64,000 nt of DNA. It comes from Anolis carolinensis. Its lineage: Eukaryota. Shown in pieces: positions 25,611-38,340 of the stretch. Within the stretch, counting starts at the first letter, position 1. Each line of letters opens with the position of its first letter. Location of the stretch: assembly GCF_035594765.1 (NCBI RefSeq), contig NC_085844.1:138648107-138712106 (forward strand), given 5' to 3'. The translations under genes and the position numbers were made by a program. The notes below the pieces were generated by a model. The model was given only the letters and a program-made list of their open reading frames with translations, made no database searches and was not told the DNA's origin.

Positions 25611-25887
25611 TTTTTTTCTGTGTCAGGAGTGACTTGAGAAATTGCAAGTCGCTTCTGGTGTGAGAGAATTGGCTGTCTGCAAGGATATTGCCCAGGGGAC
25701 GCCTGGATGTTTGGATGTTTTTACCATCCTTGTGGGAGGCTCCTCTCATGTCCTCGCATGGAGCTGGAGCTGATAGAGGGAGCTCATCTGCGCTCTCCCC
25801 AGGTTGGATTTGAACCTGGTAGCCTTCAGGTCAGCAACCCAACCTTCAAGTCACAAGGCTTTAACCCACTATGTCACTGGCGGCTCC
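25611..25887 (-). mobile_element. tRNA-derived A-tailed SINE
   Basis: Reverse complement of the 31466 family. Confidence 0.85.
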
Positions 25888-27079
25888 AGCCACTGCAGTC
25901 ATACAGGGTAGAAGGAGATATAGAGGGTTCTATCAAAGGTAGGAGCAAAACAAGGTGCCCTCAAACTGTCTGCCAGATCAAACAGCCTGGATGGACAAGG
26001 TGATAGTTCCTCTGAGTTAAAAATGCTGCTGTTGAATGCTGGACAGGCTTTTCTGGGTAATAACAGGAGAGACCTGGAAGGCATGGAGGCAGTTTCCTGG
26101 AGGAACAAACCTTGAAAACGGTGGTTTGGAATTCAGGTTTGAGCCCCTGGAAGTTGGTCTGTGAGGTTCCTCATAGCTCTTTTTCGTCCTCCATGTGTTT
26201 TAACATATTATTGTGAACGACTGTTTTGATCAAGAGATAAAAGTGGAATATATAAATACCACACTATCTCTACCTATTGTTGAGATATCAGTAAGGATCC
26301 CATTCCTAGCTGATTGGGTGTGTGCGTGCCTGTAATTTTCTGTACTGTTTCTGTGCTGTTTTTTTGCTCTTCCATGTCAGCCTTGTGTAGGGTGTGGTAT
26401 ACATTGAGACAGAGGCAGTGTATCTGTTTGTAATCTAAATTAGAAAAGTCCTATTATCCTGTGTAGAAGATGAACTGCAGTGGAGAGCCGTTGACTAGGT
26501 CAACAGCTTACTCTTTCTTTTCACCTACCACCATTAAATCAGAGTTGTTTGAATTGTGTGTCATGACACGTTAAGAGTGTTGGCTGCGGTATGTAGGTGT
26601 GTCACATGAACATAAGGAGACATGACAAAAACCTTGGAAATGTATCTTCTTACAAATCATATCTTTTAAAAATATCAAAGTTTTCATGAGATTTGTTGTG
26701 TCTTCTGACACATTATTACAATTTATGTATTTCTCCATATCTCTCATACAAGGTTCCAGGTTTGTTTAAGCTCCAATTTGCTAGTAAAACTGAATGACTG
26801 TGTTGCAAAATAACGCAAGTCTGAAATGTGTGTCATCGACATGAAATATTTAGGACACTCTGTGTTAACCCCTCCCCCTCCTTCTCCAGAGTAATCTAGC
26901 AACCTGTTCTTTCAAAACAAAGTTTTCGAAAACACTCACTCTAGCAAGTGGTACTTGGCATTGATGAAGTAACTTTTGAAGTATTTTGAAAGCCCAGTCC
27001 TGTGTAGACATACTCAGAAATAAATCCTGCCAACTTCACTGGACTTTGCTCCTATGTAGGGACACTGCACATTATATAA

Positions 27080-27161
27080 CAGGCCTGGGCAAACTAGGCT
27101 GTTAGAAATTGTGGGAGCTGAAGTCCAAAACACCCAGAGGGCTGAAGTTTGCCCAGGCCTG
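27080..27161. mobile_element. 82-bp hAT MITE
   Basis: Perfect TIR caggcctgggcaaact; TSD ttatataa/ttatatag. Confidence 0.85.
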
Positions 27162-27789
27162 TTATATAGCCTTACTGAACTTGCTTTCAAATATTATCTA
27201 GAATAGATTGTTAGGGCCAAGGTTGGAAATCTTATGGCACTGCAGATGACAACTCCTTCACTGTTAGCTATGCCGATAGGAGTTGCAGTCTGGCCATATT
27301 TGGAGGGTACCTCAATTCACATTCCTGCAACAATTAAACTAGAGCTTTTTAAATTGTGTGCTATCATCATCATCATCATCATTTAATTACTTATTAATCG
27401 CCCTCCATCCAAGATGCTCTAGGCGATTTACAAGATAAAATAGTAAAGGATAAAAATGCATACATACAAATATTGATAAAATTAACATAGATTAAAAGCT
27501 TTAGTAAAGAGCCAGGTCTTAAGTGCTATGACATGTCAGTGTTGGCTGCAGTAGACAGATGTGTCACATGGAATGGCAAACATGATCCTAATGGTAAGAA
27601 GAACAAGAGTCTACTTGAGCTTCAACCAAAGGGTACCGAGTCCGAACGTAGTTGCTGGTCTTCAACTCCCAGAAACTCTGGCTAACTTTTGCAATAGTTG
27701 GGAATTCTGGGAGCTGAAGTTCAATAACATCTGGAGGACTGAGGCGTGGGAGCCACTGCATAAAAATAAATACTGTATCCAATTCCTTA

Positions 27790-28082
27790 CTGTTCCATTA
27801 TCCAGGCAGAGGCCACAAGAGGGCGCTAGAGAGAGAAGGACAATCCATTTGATGGGGTGGGAATCGAAGGAGGAAAACCGTTTCCCCCATTTTCTCTGGT
27901 TGTTCCCCCCCTTCCCCATATATTAAACTATGGTTGTTCCACAAGGGACATAGGTGAGGGGAATAACAAGAAAACAGGAGGAAATGGTTGTACTCCTTCA
28001 ACCCACTCTCCACCCCCATAAAATGGACTATCCTTCTCTCTCTAGCGCCCCCTTATGGCCTCTGTTTGGATAATAAAACAGT
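27790..28082. mobile_element. TA-flanked MITE with ~75-bp inverted arms
   Basis: 27790-27862 is the reverse complement of ~28008-28082. The right end is duplicated as the TSD of the adjacent SINE. Confidence 0.7.
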
Positions 28083-28415
28083 TGGTAAAGGTAAAGGTTT
28101 CTCCCTGACATTAAGTCTAGTCATGTCTGACCCTAGGGGTTGGTGCTCATCTCCATTTCTAAGCCGAGGAGCCGGCGTTGTCCGTAAACGTCTCCGAGGT
28201 CATGTGGCCGGCATGACTGCATGGAGTGCCGTTACCTTCTTGCCAGAGTGGTACCTACTGATCTACTCACATTTGCATGTTTTCGAACTGCTAGGTTGGC
28301 AGAAGCTGGGGCTAACACTGGGAGCTCACTTTGCTCTCCAGATTTGAACCACTGACCTTTTGGTCAGCAAGTTCATCAGCTCAACGGTTTAACATCATGT
28401 GCCACCAGGGGCTCC
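28083..28415 (-). mobile_element. Sauria SINE, full length
   Basis: Consensus match; TSD taataaaacagt/taatagaacagt. Confidence 0.92.
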
Positions 28416-28499
28416 TAATAGAACAGTACCCCCTCCCCCCCAAAAAAAGTCCCTTCTCTTTTTGTGGGCAAGAGGAAGGGGAAAGAGGGAAGGGAAGGC

Positions 28500-28978
28500 N
28501 NNNNNNNNNNNNNNNNNNNNNNNNNNNNNNNNNNNNNNNNNNNNNNNNNNNNNNNNNNNNNNNNNNNNNNNNNNNNNNNNNNNNNNNNNNNNNNNNNNNN
28601 NNNNNNNNNNNNNNNNNNNNNNNNNNNNNNNNNNNNNNNNNNNNNNNNNNNNNNNNNNNNNNNNNNNNNNNNNNNNNNNNNNNNNNNNNNNNNNNNNNNN
28701 NNNNNNNNNNNNNNNNNNNNNNNNNNNNNNNNNNNNNGGTAAACGAGGAAGGGAAAGAGGGAGGTAGGAAGANNNNNNNNNNNNNNNNNNNNNNNNNNNN
28801 NNNNNNNNNNNNNNNNNNNNNNNNNNNNNNNNNNNNNNNNNNNNNNNNNNNNNNNNNNNNNNNNNNNNNNNNNNNNNNNNNNNNNNNNNNNNNNNNNNNN
28901 NNNNNNNNNNNNNNNNNNNNNNNNNNNNNNNNNNNNNNNNNNNNNNNNNNNNNNNNNNNNNNNNNNNNNNNNNNNNNN
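28500..28978. other. Two assembly gaps (28500-28737, 28773-28978) in a purine-rich (GGAA-type) tract
   Basis: N runs flanked by gaagg repeats. Confidence 0.99.
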
Positions 28979-29036
28979 GGGGAAAGTAAGAGGAAGGGGT
29001 GGAAGGGAGGAGAAGGAAGGACAAATGGGGCCCAAG

Positions 29037-29402
29037 AGGTCGCTCTCTCGTTGTGAGAAGCGAAGTCTTCCCTCTGAGAGACCCGGAGCCTTGGCCCGGC
29101 CCAAAAGCGAACGATGTTGCTGAGGGGAAAGCGGCCTTCGTGACCGCATTGGTGGTCCCAGCAAAACAAAGGGCTTCCCCGCCGAGGTAGAGCAAGGCCC
29201 CGGGTAAGCGCGGCAGCCTCGGAGGCCGCCTCTAGCCCGGCAGCGCGGCTGGCACGGCGTCCGGGGCGCAAAGTCGGCTTGGCCTCGCGAGTCGGGAGGC
29301 GGCACCTGCGGCTCGCTCTGCCTGGCCAGCCCTGCCCCCTTCTCCTGGCCGTCCTTCCTGCCTTCCTTCCCTCCTCCCTCCTGTTGCTTCCAGTCCTGGG
29401 CT

Positions 29403-29439
<37 letters not shown>

Positions 29440-29560
29440 AGAGAGACAAAGGCTGGCCGGCTCTCCCTCCTCCTCTTCCCTTCCCTCCTCCTCCTCCTCG
29501 TCCTTCGCCTGTTGCTGCTTCGCTCCCGTGGAGTATGAGCCAGAGGTAAGGGTTCTTTTT
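29037..29560 (+). promoter_or_regulatory. RIN2: CpG island promoter and probable non-coding exon 1 of RIN2 (donor GAG|gtaagg after 29545)
   Basis: The only strongly GC/CpG-rich segment in the window. It ends in a consensus splice donor and lies upstream of the RIN2 coding exons on the same strand. Confidence 0.7.
29405..29436. repeat. (GA)n microsatellite in the promoter/exon 1
   Basis: Read directly from the sequence. Confidence 0.97.
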
Positions 29561-30020
29561 GTTGCTGTTTTTGTTTTGTGAGTGAGTAGGAAAGTGACCC
29601 AAGGCTTTGAGGGACACGAAGAGTAAGCGCAAGGCCATGACAGGCTCTCTCGCTTCCTCCCAGGAATGGTAGGAAGGAAGGAAGGAAAGAAGGGAGGATT
29701 CTTGTCCTGGCAACTCGCAGGCACTCCGTTTCACAAATCTGAAGTGAATGGTTCTGAAGGGGAGTCCGGAAAGAAGGAAGGGACGTGCCTCTGACTGGTG
29801 CCCCTTTCCCTGCCCTCATGGGATGAGAAGGCCATCCAGCCCCCTGCCTTCCCCTCAGAGGGGGCTTCCCGAACCATTTCCAGTCGCCACCCCATCCGGG
29901 CATTTCGCAGTGAACTGTAGTGTAACCTTTCATGACTCCTGGAAGGCTGTGCTTCCTTATTCTTTTGATGCTTCTCTAAGAGTAGGCTGCGCTGAACTTT
30001 GAGGCTCACCAGACTGTGTT

Positions 30021-31410
30021 TGTTGAAGGCTTTGCTGTGAGTTTTCCGGCTGTATGGCTATGTTCCAGAAGCATTTTCTCCTGACGTTTCGCGCACATCT
30101 AGGACAGGCATCCGCAGAGGTTGTGAGGTCTGTTGGAAACTAGTTAACTAAGGTTTATATATCTGTGGAGTGTCCAGGGTAGTTGAAAGAACTTTTGTCT
30201 GTTTGAGGCAAGTGTGAATGTTGCAATTGGCCACCTTGATTAGCATTTGAATGGCCTTGCAGCTTCGAAGCCTGGCTGCTTCCTGCCCGAGGGAATCCTT
30301 TGATGGGAGGTGTTAGCTGGCCCTGATGGTTTCATGCCTGGAATTCCCCTGTTTTCTGAGTGTTGTTCCTTATTTACTGTCCTGATTTTGGAATTTTTTA
30401 ATACTGGTAGACAGATTTTGTTCATTTTCATGGTTTCCTCCTTTTTGTTGAAAATATCCACATCTTTGTGGATTTCAGTGGCTTCTCTGTGTAGTCTGAC
30501 ATGGCGGTTGTTCGAGTGGTCCAGCATTTCTTTATTCTCAAATAATATGCCTCCTCCAGGTTGGTTCAAGTGCTCTGCTATGGCTGACTTGGCTGAGATA
30601 GTCTGCAGAGCCTTTCATGTTCCTTGGGTCATGTTTGGGCAATGCTGCGTTTGGTGGTCCCTTTGTAGACTTGTCCACAGCTGCATGGTATAAGGTAGAC
30701 TCCTGCAGAGGTGAGAGGATACCTCTTGTCCTTCGCTGAATGTAGCATTTGTTGGATTTTATTAGTGGGTCTGTAGATAGTTTGCAGGTTGTGTTTCTTC
30801 ATCAAGCTTCCTATGTGTTCAGTGGTTCGCTTGATGTATGGTAAGAACACTTTTCTTCTGGCTGGATCTTTGTCTTTACTCTCATGGCTTGTTCTAGGCC
30901 TTGCAGCTCTTCTGATGTCCATGGTGAGTTATCCATTGGCCTGTAGAGCCCAGTTTAGGTGGTTCAGTTCACCTTGGAGGAGGTGAGGTTCGCAGATTCT
31001 TTTTGCCCAATCTGCCAGGGCTTTAATTGTACCTTTTTTTTTTAACTTGGGTGATGGTTGGAGTTTTTATGTAGGTATTTATCTCCCTGTGTAGGTTTTT
31101 TGCAAACTGTGTGGCCCAATTGTTGATTGGGTATGTGGATGCCTAGGAGATCTAGAAATGGCAATTTTCCTTCATTTTCTTTTTTCCATTGTGAATTAAT
31201 GCTGTTGAGATGGTTCAGGAACTTATTTAGTTCTTTTTCTCCATGGCTCCAAATGGTGAAGATGACACCTTAATACTAGTAACCAGATGTTCTTTTTCAT
31301 AGTTTCCATTTTCCTGTTGCTTGTGGATTTCAATGACTTCTCTGTGTAGTCTGACATGATGGTTGTCAGCGTGGTCTGGCATTTCTGTGTTCTCAAATAA
31401 TATATCTGAG
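30021..31410 (-). mobile_element. 5'-truncated Penelope retroelement (RT C-terminus, GIY-YIG endonuclease, pLTR), frameshifted
   Basis: Peptides KVFLPYIKRTTEHIGSLMKKHNL, AGVYLIPCSCGQVYKGTTKR (GIY-YIG) and RLHREATEIHK. A hammerhead motif is at 30080-30120. Confidence 0.93.
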
Positions 31411-31465
31411 CAGGAAGCAGGAAGCAGGAACTTTATAAATCACCGTGAGGGATTACTTTAAAAAA

Positions 31466-31796
31466 GGAGCCCCCAGATGGCGTAGTGGACTAAGTGACTT
31501 GAAGGTTGGGTTGCTGACCTGAAAGCTACCAGGTTCGAATCCCACCTGGGGAGAGTGCGGATGAGCTCCCTCTATCAGCTCCAGCTCCATGCGGGGACAT
31601 GAGAGAAGCCTCCCATAAGGATGGTAAAAACATCAAAACAATCAGCTCCAGCTCCATGCGGGGACATGAGAGAAGCCTCCCATAAGGATGGTAAAAACAT
31701 CAAAACATCCGGGCGTCCCCTGGGCAACGTCCTTGCAGACGGCCAATTCTCTCACTCCAGAAGCAACTCAAGTTGCTCCTGACATGAAAAAAAAAA
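31466..31796 (+). mobile_element. tRNA-derived A-tailed SINE with internal ~67-bp tandem duplication
   Basis: A box tggcgtagtgg, B box ggttcgaatccc, polyA tail, TSD actttaaaaaa. Confidence 0.9.
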
Positions 31797-31963
31797 ACTT
31801 TAAAAAAGAGGAAGAGATGTGTTCATCAGAGGGAGAGGGAGTCCATTGTTTAAACAGGTATGTGTTCTTCTGAGGCCAGGTCAAAAAATACAAAGGGATC
31901 TAAGAAGCCACTTTGCACCAAATTAGGCCATTGTCCGCCTACCATCATTATTTCAGGCTACAG

Positions 31964-32220
31964 CAGAGCTTTCCAAACATTCCCTGTTGGTGACACATGG
32001 TTTTTAAACATGCATCATTTTGCGACACCATAATTCAGTTTTACTAGCAACCCCTTTTAAGAGATACGTACATTGTCATAACGAAATGTATAGGGAGAAC
32101 ATACATAATTTTGCAACAGCATAACTCAGTTTTACTAGCAACCCCTTTTAAGAGATACGTACATTGTCATAACGAAATGTATTGGGAGACCACGCATCAT
32201 TTTGCGACACCATAATTCAG
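31964..32220. mobile_element. One-ended hAT element with ~91-bp tandem duplication
   Basis: TIR cagagctttccaaac; same family as 42660-43179. Confidence 0.7.
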
Positions 32221-33450
32221 ATATGCAAAACCGCAGATAATTGTAGATCTTGTTGAAATGAAGGACCCATAGAGGACTTAAAAATGCCTAGAGATGACAT
32301 ACATTGTCAGACAAGGATAAATGAAACCACGGATATTCAATACAGGGGTTATGCTGTAATTGAAAACCACTTTACAGAATCTCCAGCAGAGGTCTGTCAC
32401 ATCATTGCAGCATAACTTTTTAATTGCTGTCTTTGCTGACTTTTCTCCTTCAAACGTCTCAATCTGCTACTGAGCTCCAGTCCCATCTTTTAAGGAGCTA
32501 ACCTTAGTTTACCTTAGCCAGGATTCACTAAAAGTATCCATGTATGATGCATATTTTCGTTAATACTTGTTTTGCTGCATTCACCTTTCATATTTGTTCA
32601 TAAGTAAAAAGATTTAGGATTGGGTGATCCTTGATGTTACAGGTTAATTGGATAGAACTGAGTGGGTGTTATACACACAAATACCTGTGGTTTCACTTAC
32701 TAGTGTGTGTGGTGGAATGGCCTCTTTGGGAATTTTCTAGGTCCTGTAGGTGATTGGGTATACTTCCTCCAAACTTTACCATGGCATTGTATTAGAGGAC
32801 CTAGCATGTTCCTAAAGAAAATACTTCTCTAGGTCCTCCAATGCAATGCTGGAACTGGAAGGGAGGTAATAAACGGCGTTCAGTTATATTCATGGTTTCA
32901 TGTAACTTCAGTCCACCCAGAAACATATCCTACTGTATGTTATTACATACAGACATGGCTGGCTAGTGAATTCTCCTTGACTACTTCACTTCCCCTTCTG
33001 CTTTTCATCAGGTTTTTACTCTTTTCTTTCACTCCTGTAAGCTACTCCCCATCTGCGGTTAGGAAGACAGAGATTACAGGTTAGAAAAAATAATTCTAGC
33101 CTTTATCTATCATTCTAGAAATGAAAAGCTGAAGTCTTTTCTTCTCACCCCCATATGGTAAAGCTACCAAAGCTCAACTCCCTTTGGAAATAAATGTTGT
33201 ACAGCATCTTATCTTTGACTTACTTTGTTTCTTATTTTCACTGTCTGAAATTATAACAAATCATATCAACATGCTGTACTACATTGGATAATCTTGTTTG
33301 GAATAACCCAAGGTAGAGTTATACCTGTCCCTACTACCTTCATTGGGCTTTGCTTAATACCTTAATACTAGTCGGGCTTAATGCCCTACCGATTATGAAC
33401 CTGGGAGCTTCCAATTATCTTAATCACTTGTCAATAATAATAATAACAAT

Positions 33451-33790
33451 CCAAAGAAGTCAGCCATAGCAGAGCACTTGATGGACCAACCTGGGCACAG
33501 CATGCTATTTGAGAACACAGAAATGCTGCACCACTCTAACAGACTACACAGAGAAGCCACTGAAATCCACAAACATGTGGACCATTTCAACAGAAAGGAG
33601 GAAACAATGAAAATGAACAAAATCTGGCTACCAATATTTAAAAAACTCTAAAATCAGGACAATAAATAAAGAGCAAAACTCTGATAACAGGGGAATTCCA
33701 GACATGAAACAATCAGGACCAGCTAACACCTCCCAACAAAGGATCCCCCCCCGGCAGGAAGCAGCCAGGCTTCAAAGCTGCAAGGAATCG
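33451..33790 (+). mobile_element. Penelope endonuclease C-terminal fragment
   Basis: KSAIAEHLMDQPGHSMLFENTEML...RLHREATEIHKH. Confidence 0.88.
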
Positions 33791-34861
33791 CAATACAGGT
33801 AAAGGCCACCCCCCTTCTTGGACATTTGGAGACTGGAGATAAAAGGCAGCAAATGGGATTTATGAACAAATTGTTAGCACCATTGTTAGCACCAAAAAAG
33901 AAGGAGTTTGGAGAGATCTGCTGTTTGATAGGCTTTGCAAGAGAGATCAGGTGCAGATTTTTACATAACATTCCAAATGTAATCATGCCATAGATTCAGA
34001 AGAAACTGAAAGTAAGATTGAAAGTCTTACTTTCGGTTCCATTTCTAATTATGCCCATTATGGAATTTGCTCCCACCGCCCTCTATATGGCATTTGCACA
34101 CTGGCTTGACCTTTGCCCTGAGTTATTCATAACAACCACAATATCTCTTTCTTAGTCATTTGCAGTCACTGCCAGCACAGATTCCATCAGTTCTAATATT
34201 TGTAAAGTTGGGACTTTCACCCCAGTTTGCATGAATGTGTCTTAACTAATTGATGCTTAACTTCCAAACTGTTTTTCTGTTCTTCACATGTATCTCTAAT
34301 ACCACATTAGAACATTGTGTAATGGCTACAATCTGGGCGAGGATGGACATGAGCTCTTCTGCTCATCACATAGAGTTGTTAGGGTAAGGGACAGAAGAGC
34401 CATTCATGTCTTCTTGAATTCATTAAAGGAAATATTGGCTGTGAATGGAAATAATAAATGTATAGAGGAAAATCTGAAATTGAGTTAATAAGCACAAAAA
34501 TCATCAAGGAATGTAATCTCCACAGGACATCTAGTATTGGGTCAAAACTGGAAGAGTGTGGTTGTTTTGCTGTGCAGGGTAAGCTGCCTGCTGTTATGTA
34601 GGGTTCACTTGAAAAGCTGCCTTTTTGATCTGAGTTGAAAAACATTTTTAGTCAAGTTTCTTGGAAGTTGTGGTGGGAGTTGTTTATTTTGTTTATCCCT
34701 TACTGTCCCTGGTTCATTGAACAATTGTTCAATAATATTTGATAGGGGTGGTGTTCCTCCAAGAACTTCCAGATTTGGAGAGCTCACAAAGTATTATGTC
34801 TGTTTAATCTTACAGTGAAGTACAAATATACAATTTAGAGTTTATCACAGATTATGTAAGC

Positions 34862-35078
34862 CTAAATATCCAAAGACACCAGATCCTGTCTGATCTTGGA
34901 AGCTAAGCAGTGTCAGCTGTGTTTAGTATGTGGATGGGAGACCACCAGTGCATTGCAGGTAAGCTATATTTCAAAACAAGGAACTGATAAAATTACCTCT
35001 TGACTATACCTTGCATAAAAATAACTAGGAAATTCATGGGGTTGCCATAAATCAACAGGAACTTTGAAGGCACATACA
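34862..35078 (+). mobile_element. 5S rRNA-derived SINE (SINE3; 5S-Sauria-like), degenerate
   Basis: 5S head ccagatcctgtctgatcttggaagctaagcag...ttagta..tggatgggagacc followed by a non-5S tail ending ttgaaggcacatac. Confidence 0.8.
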
Positions 35079-36407
35079 ATTGCAATAAATATGCCAAAGA
35101 ATTTGAGCAAGAGTTTGTTCACATGCTTTTAAGCCTTGGAAGTAAGCAGCAAATAATCCACTCAGCAGGCTAAGTGTCTATTAATTGCATGAATAAGCAA
35201 GCTGTTCAGAAATTATTATATATACTATGTGGAAGTACTTTTTTGCTTATAAAATGTGATGTAAACGTGACATTGGTGAGGGCCCTTAGATATTCAACAT
35301 ACCACTAATATGAAAAGCTAATTTCCAAAGTTCTTTCAAACTATTGTCATGCAAAGAAGGGAGTAAATGGATGTATAGGTTAAAGGGAGAGCTATATAGG
35401 TAAAGGTACTTGGAGGCAATATGTTGGTATGGATTGGAAGAGATCAAGGAGCGGCCCATTCATTATTTGACCACATAAATACTTGCCAGGCATTTTATTA
35501 GCATAGTCAAAGTCATAATCCCATTGATACTTACACTGTTGTAACTATCAATTAGGCTAAGTCATTTCTTGGGCCTTGTGCAAGGAAGTGTTCAGTATCT
35601 TCTTGCACAGTGCCCTTTTCAAAGCTGTGCAGCTATAGCCAAATATTATTGAGAGCACTGCAAAGCCAAGCAGTAGCTGGGAGAAGGCAGAGCTGTACTT
35701 GGGTGATCTCTAGCTGCCATAGTTGAAAAAGAAACAGACTTCATTGTCCTGCATATCTAGAAGTCCAGGAGTTCATAGGGTGCTCCTTTCTCTGGCTTTA
35801 CAACCTCAGTTATGGGACATGTGGATTGTGCTTTGCCTTGACCCACTCTTTGGCACTTGCACAGCCAGAGAAGGGAAGAGCCCAACGTTGAATAGCATCA
35901 TGGCTGTAGGTGGTCACATTTGTCAGCTGAAGAGAAGGAATTGAATATTTGATTTATGCCAGAAGGTGGACAGTTCCCATATCTGTTATTTCCAACTGTG
36001 GTTGAAACAAATGGGTTACGTGACTGTTTCAGTGGTTTAGAGTGCAGCATCACAATACGAAACTTGAGTGAGCTTGAGGCTAAATCCAGTTGTTACTCCT
36101 GATTAGAGGAGACCCGCAGAACTTCAGTGTTGGCTTACCACATTCTGATATAAATTCCAATTAGAGTAAACAGCTAGGTTTAGGCCTTAATGGTTTTGTC
36201 TTTGTAGAATGGCAGCAATATTTCTTATATACCAAGAATGCTGATACATTCAACTCCAAGAGATTTAGGGATTAAATTTGACAGAAGAAAGAAAGAAGAG
36301 CAAAAGGAAGATTAGGTTGAAGATAAATGAGATAGGGAAATATTTGCACAAATATAATATAATTTCATAAGGGGATGAACATTAGGAATGAAGCAATGTG
36401 AAATTTC

Positions 36408-36645
36408 GGAGCCCCTGGTGGCGACTTCAAATCTGGGGAGCGGGGTGAGCTCCCACCATGAGTAGATCAATAGGTACTGTTCTGGTGGGAAGGTAACAGT
36501 ACTCTATGCAGTCATGCCGACCACATGGCCTTGGAGGTGTCTATGGACAACACTGGCTTTTCAGATTAGAAATGAAGATGAGCACCAACCCCCAGAGTCA
36601 GACACGACTAGACTTAATGTCAGAGGGAAACCTTTACCTTTACCT
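36408..36645 (+). mobile_element. Sauria SINE with internal deletions
   Basis: Tail acctttacctttacct; TSD aatgtgaaattt. Confidence 0.9.
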
Positions 36646-37902
36646 AATGTGAAATTTGTGGAGTTTTGTAAGTCAACAGAAGTGACAGACATTGTGTAAA
36701 TGTTCTGGATAGCAACATCAGGCATAAGATCATAAAAACTAAGGTGACATCAACCTCAGTGGTGCCAGTTTTCTCTTATTCCAGTTGGCGGACCCTGTGT
36801 TCAAAATAACACAGAAAACCTTTTCCCTCATCCAGGACAAAGCATTAATTTATCACATCGAACTTTGGCACCAACATAAAAGCTTCTGTCAGATTTGAAA
36901 CCCATTGTGTGAAACACCAAATTTCCTCTATTTCAAGAAAGGAAAGCATGGGTTCATATATCAGACAGAAGCCGCTTATGTTATTCATTGTTTTCTGCCT
37001 TTTCCAAAGCCCAGTTTCAAGTGAAAGGAACACCCTCCTATTCTCCTTGCAAAGTTCTCAGGCTCATGCAGATGCCAAACCATAATTGTGGGCACCTCGT
37101 CAAATACCAATCCTTTCTGAAATAAACTTCAGAGGTTGTGAGGTGGAAGGCCCTCATGTTAACAATTAGGTGGTAGTCTGCAGTGATTCCATCTTTTTCT
37201 CCTTAATGGATTTTCCTGGGTAAGAAAAAAAAAGATTAAAGAAGTAATAGAAAAACAATTGAGGGTTGTGAGTCAAGGGCCATACTGTCTGAGGGCCCTG
37301 AAACAATCAATGGCCCAAGGCAGTCATTTGATAAAACTTCCATCTGGAACTGCTCATTGGGAATGTGGGTATCTCCAGTAACAGCAACAATCCGCCCTCC
37401 TTTTCTATACGTCTTTATCATAACACAGATCCTCTGAGAGGGAAAGTTGATCCTGGGTGTTTTCTACCAATATGCTTATCTTTTATGACTGCCTCTTCCC
37501 CAGCTTAGCAACCTGCCGTATTTGTTTGTTTTTGCTGAATACGGAGTCCTTTCCTTTTAAATTACTGTTTGCCCTTAGCCTGGAGGTTTTTCTCATCTGC
37601 TTTTCCCTGAGTTGCTAAACACATGCTGCATCAACTTTGTTAATTAACAGCTTTTTGCCATTTGCTAGATGTTGAGAAAGGACAAAGGGTGATCCTGCAT
37701 TTTGGTCTTATTGTGCAGTTTATTGCCGCTTTGAATCCCACCCATGGGAGAAAAGCAGGATAAAAATAAATAAATAATAATGTAATGGTGGCTCTAAATT
37801 ACTTCCACTTGTAACTTCCGCTACTTCTCATCATGATGGAATAGCGACATGGTGTCTTTTGACTGATAGCAACAAGGGGAATTCATGTGGAAATATCCAA
37901 GA

Positions 37903-38311
37903 CAGAGGTCCCCAAACTAAGGCCCTTGGGTCAGATGCGGCCCTCCAAGGTCATTTACCTAGCCCCCGCCCTCAGTTTTAGACTTAGGCTCACCCAGAGT
38001 CTGAAATGACTTGTAGGCACACAACAATAACAACAACAACAAGCCTAATTAACTTGACTATCGCATTGGCCAGAAGCAGGCCCACACTTCCCATTGAAAT
38101 CCTGATAGGCTTATGTTGGTTAAAATTGTTCTTATTTTTAAATATTGTATTGTTCTTTTGTTGTTGACGTTGTTGTTGTTTTTCCACTACAAATAAGACA
38201 TGTGCAGTGTGCATAGGAATTTGTCATTTTTTTTTCAAATGATAATTCGGCCCCTCAACAGTCTGAAGGATTGTGGACCAGTGCTCTTCTTAAAAAGTTT
38301 GAGGACCCCTG
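37903..38311. mobile_element. Non-autonomous hAT element
   Basis: TIR cagaggtccccaaact / agtttgaggacccctg; TSD atccaaga/atccaagg. Confidence 0.88.
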
Positions 38312-38340
38312 ATCCAAGGTACCACAGACTGAAATTAAAT

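Noticed and set aside
25256-26108. Possible DIRS-like relic (GLSSA, LADSL motifs)
   Set aside because: The motifs are too short and degenerate to support a call without a search.
28331-29933. Long ORFs (241-447 aa) around the gaps and CpG island
   Set aside because: They are artefacts of N runs, microsatellites and high GC, and have no recognisable domains.
31466-31550. tRNA gene
   Set aside because: The A/B boxes belong to a SINE head with a polyA tail and TSD.
34868-34960. 5S rRNA gene
   Set aside because: It is truncated and diverged, has no T-run terminator, and is fused to a SINE tail.
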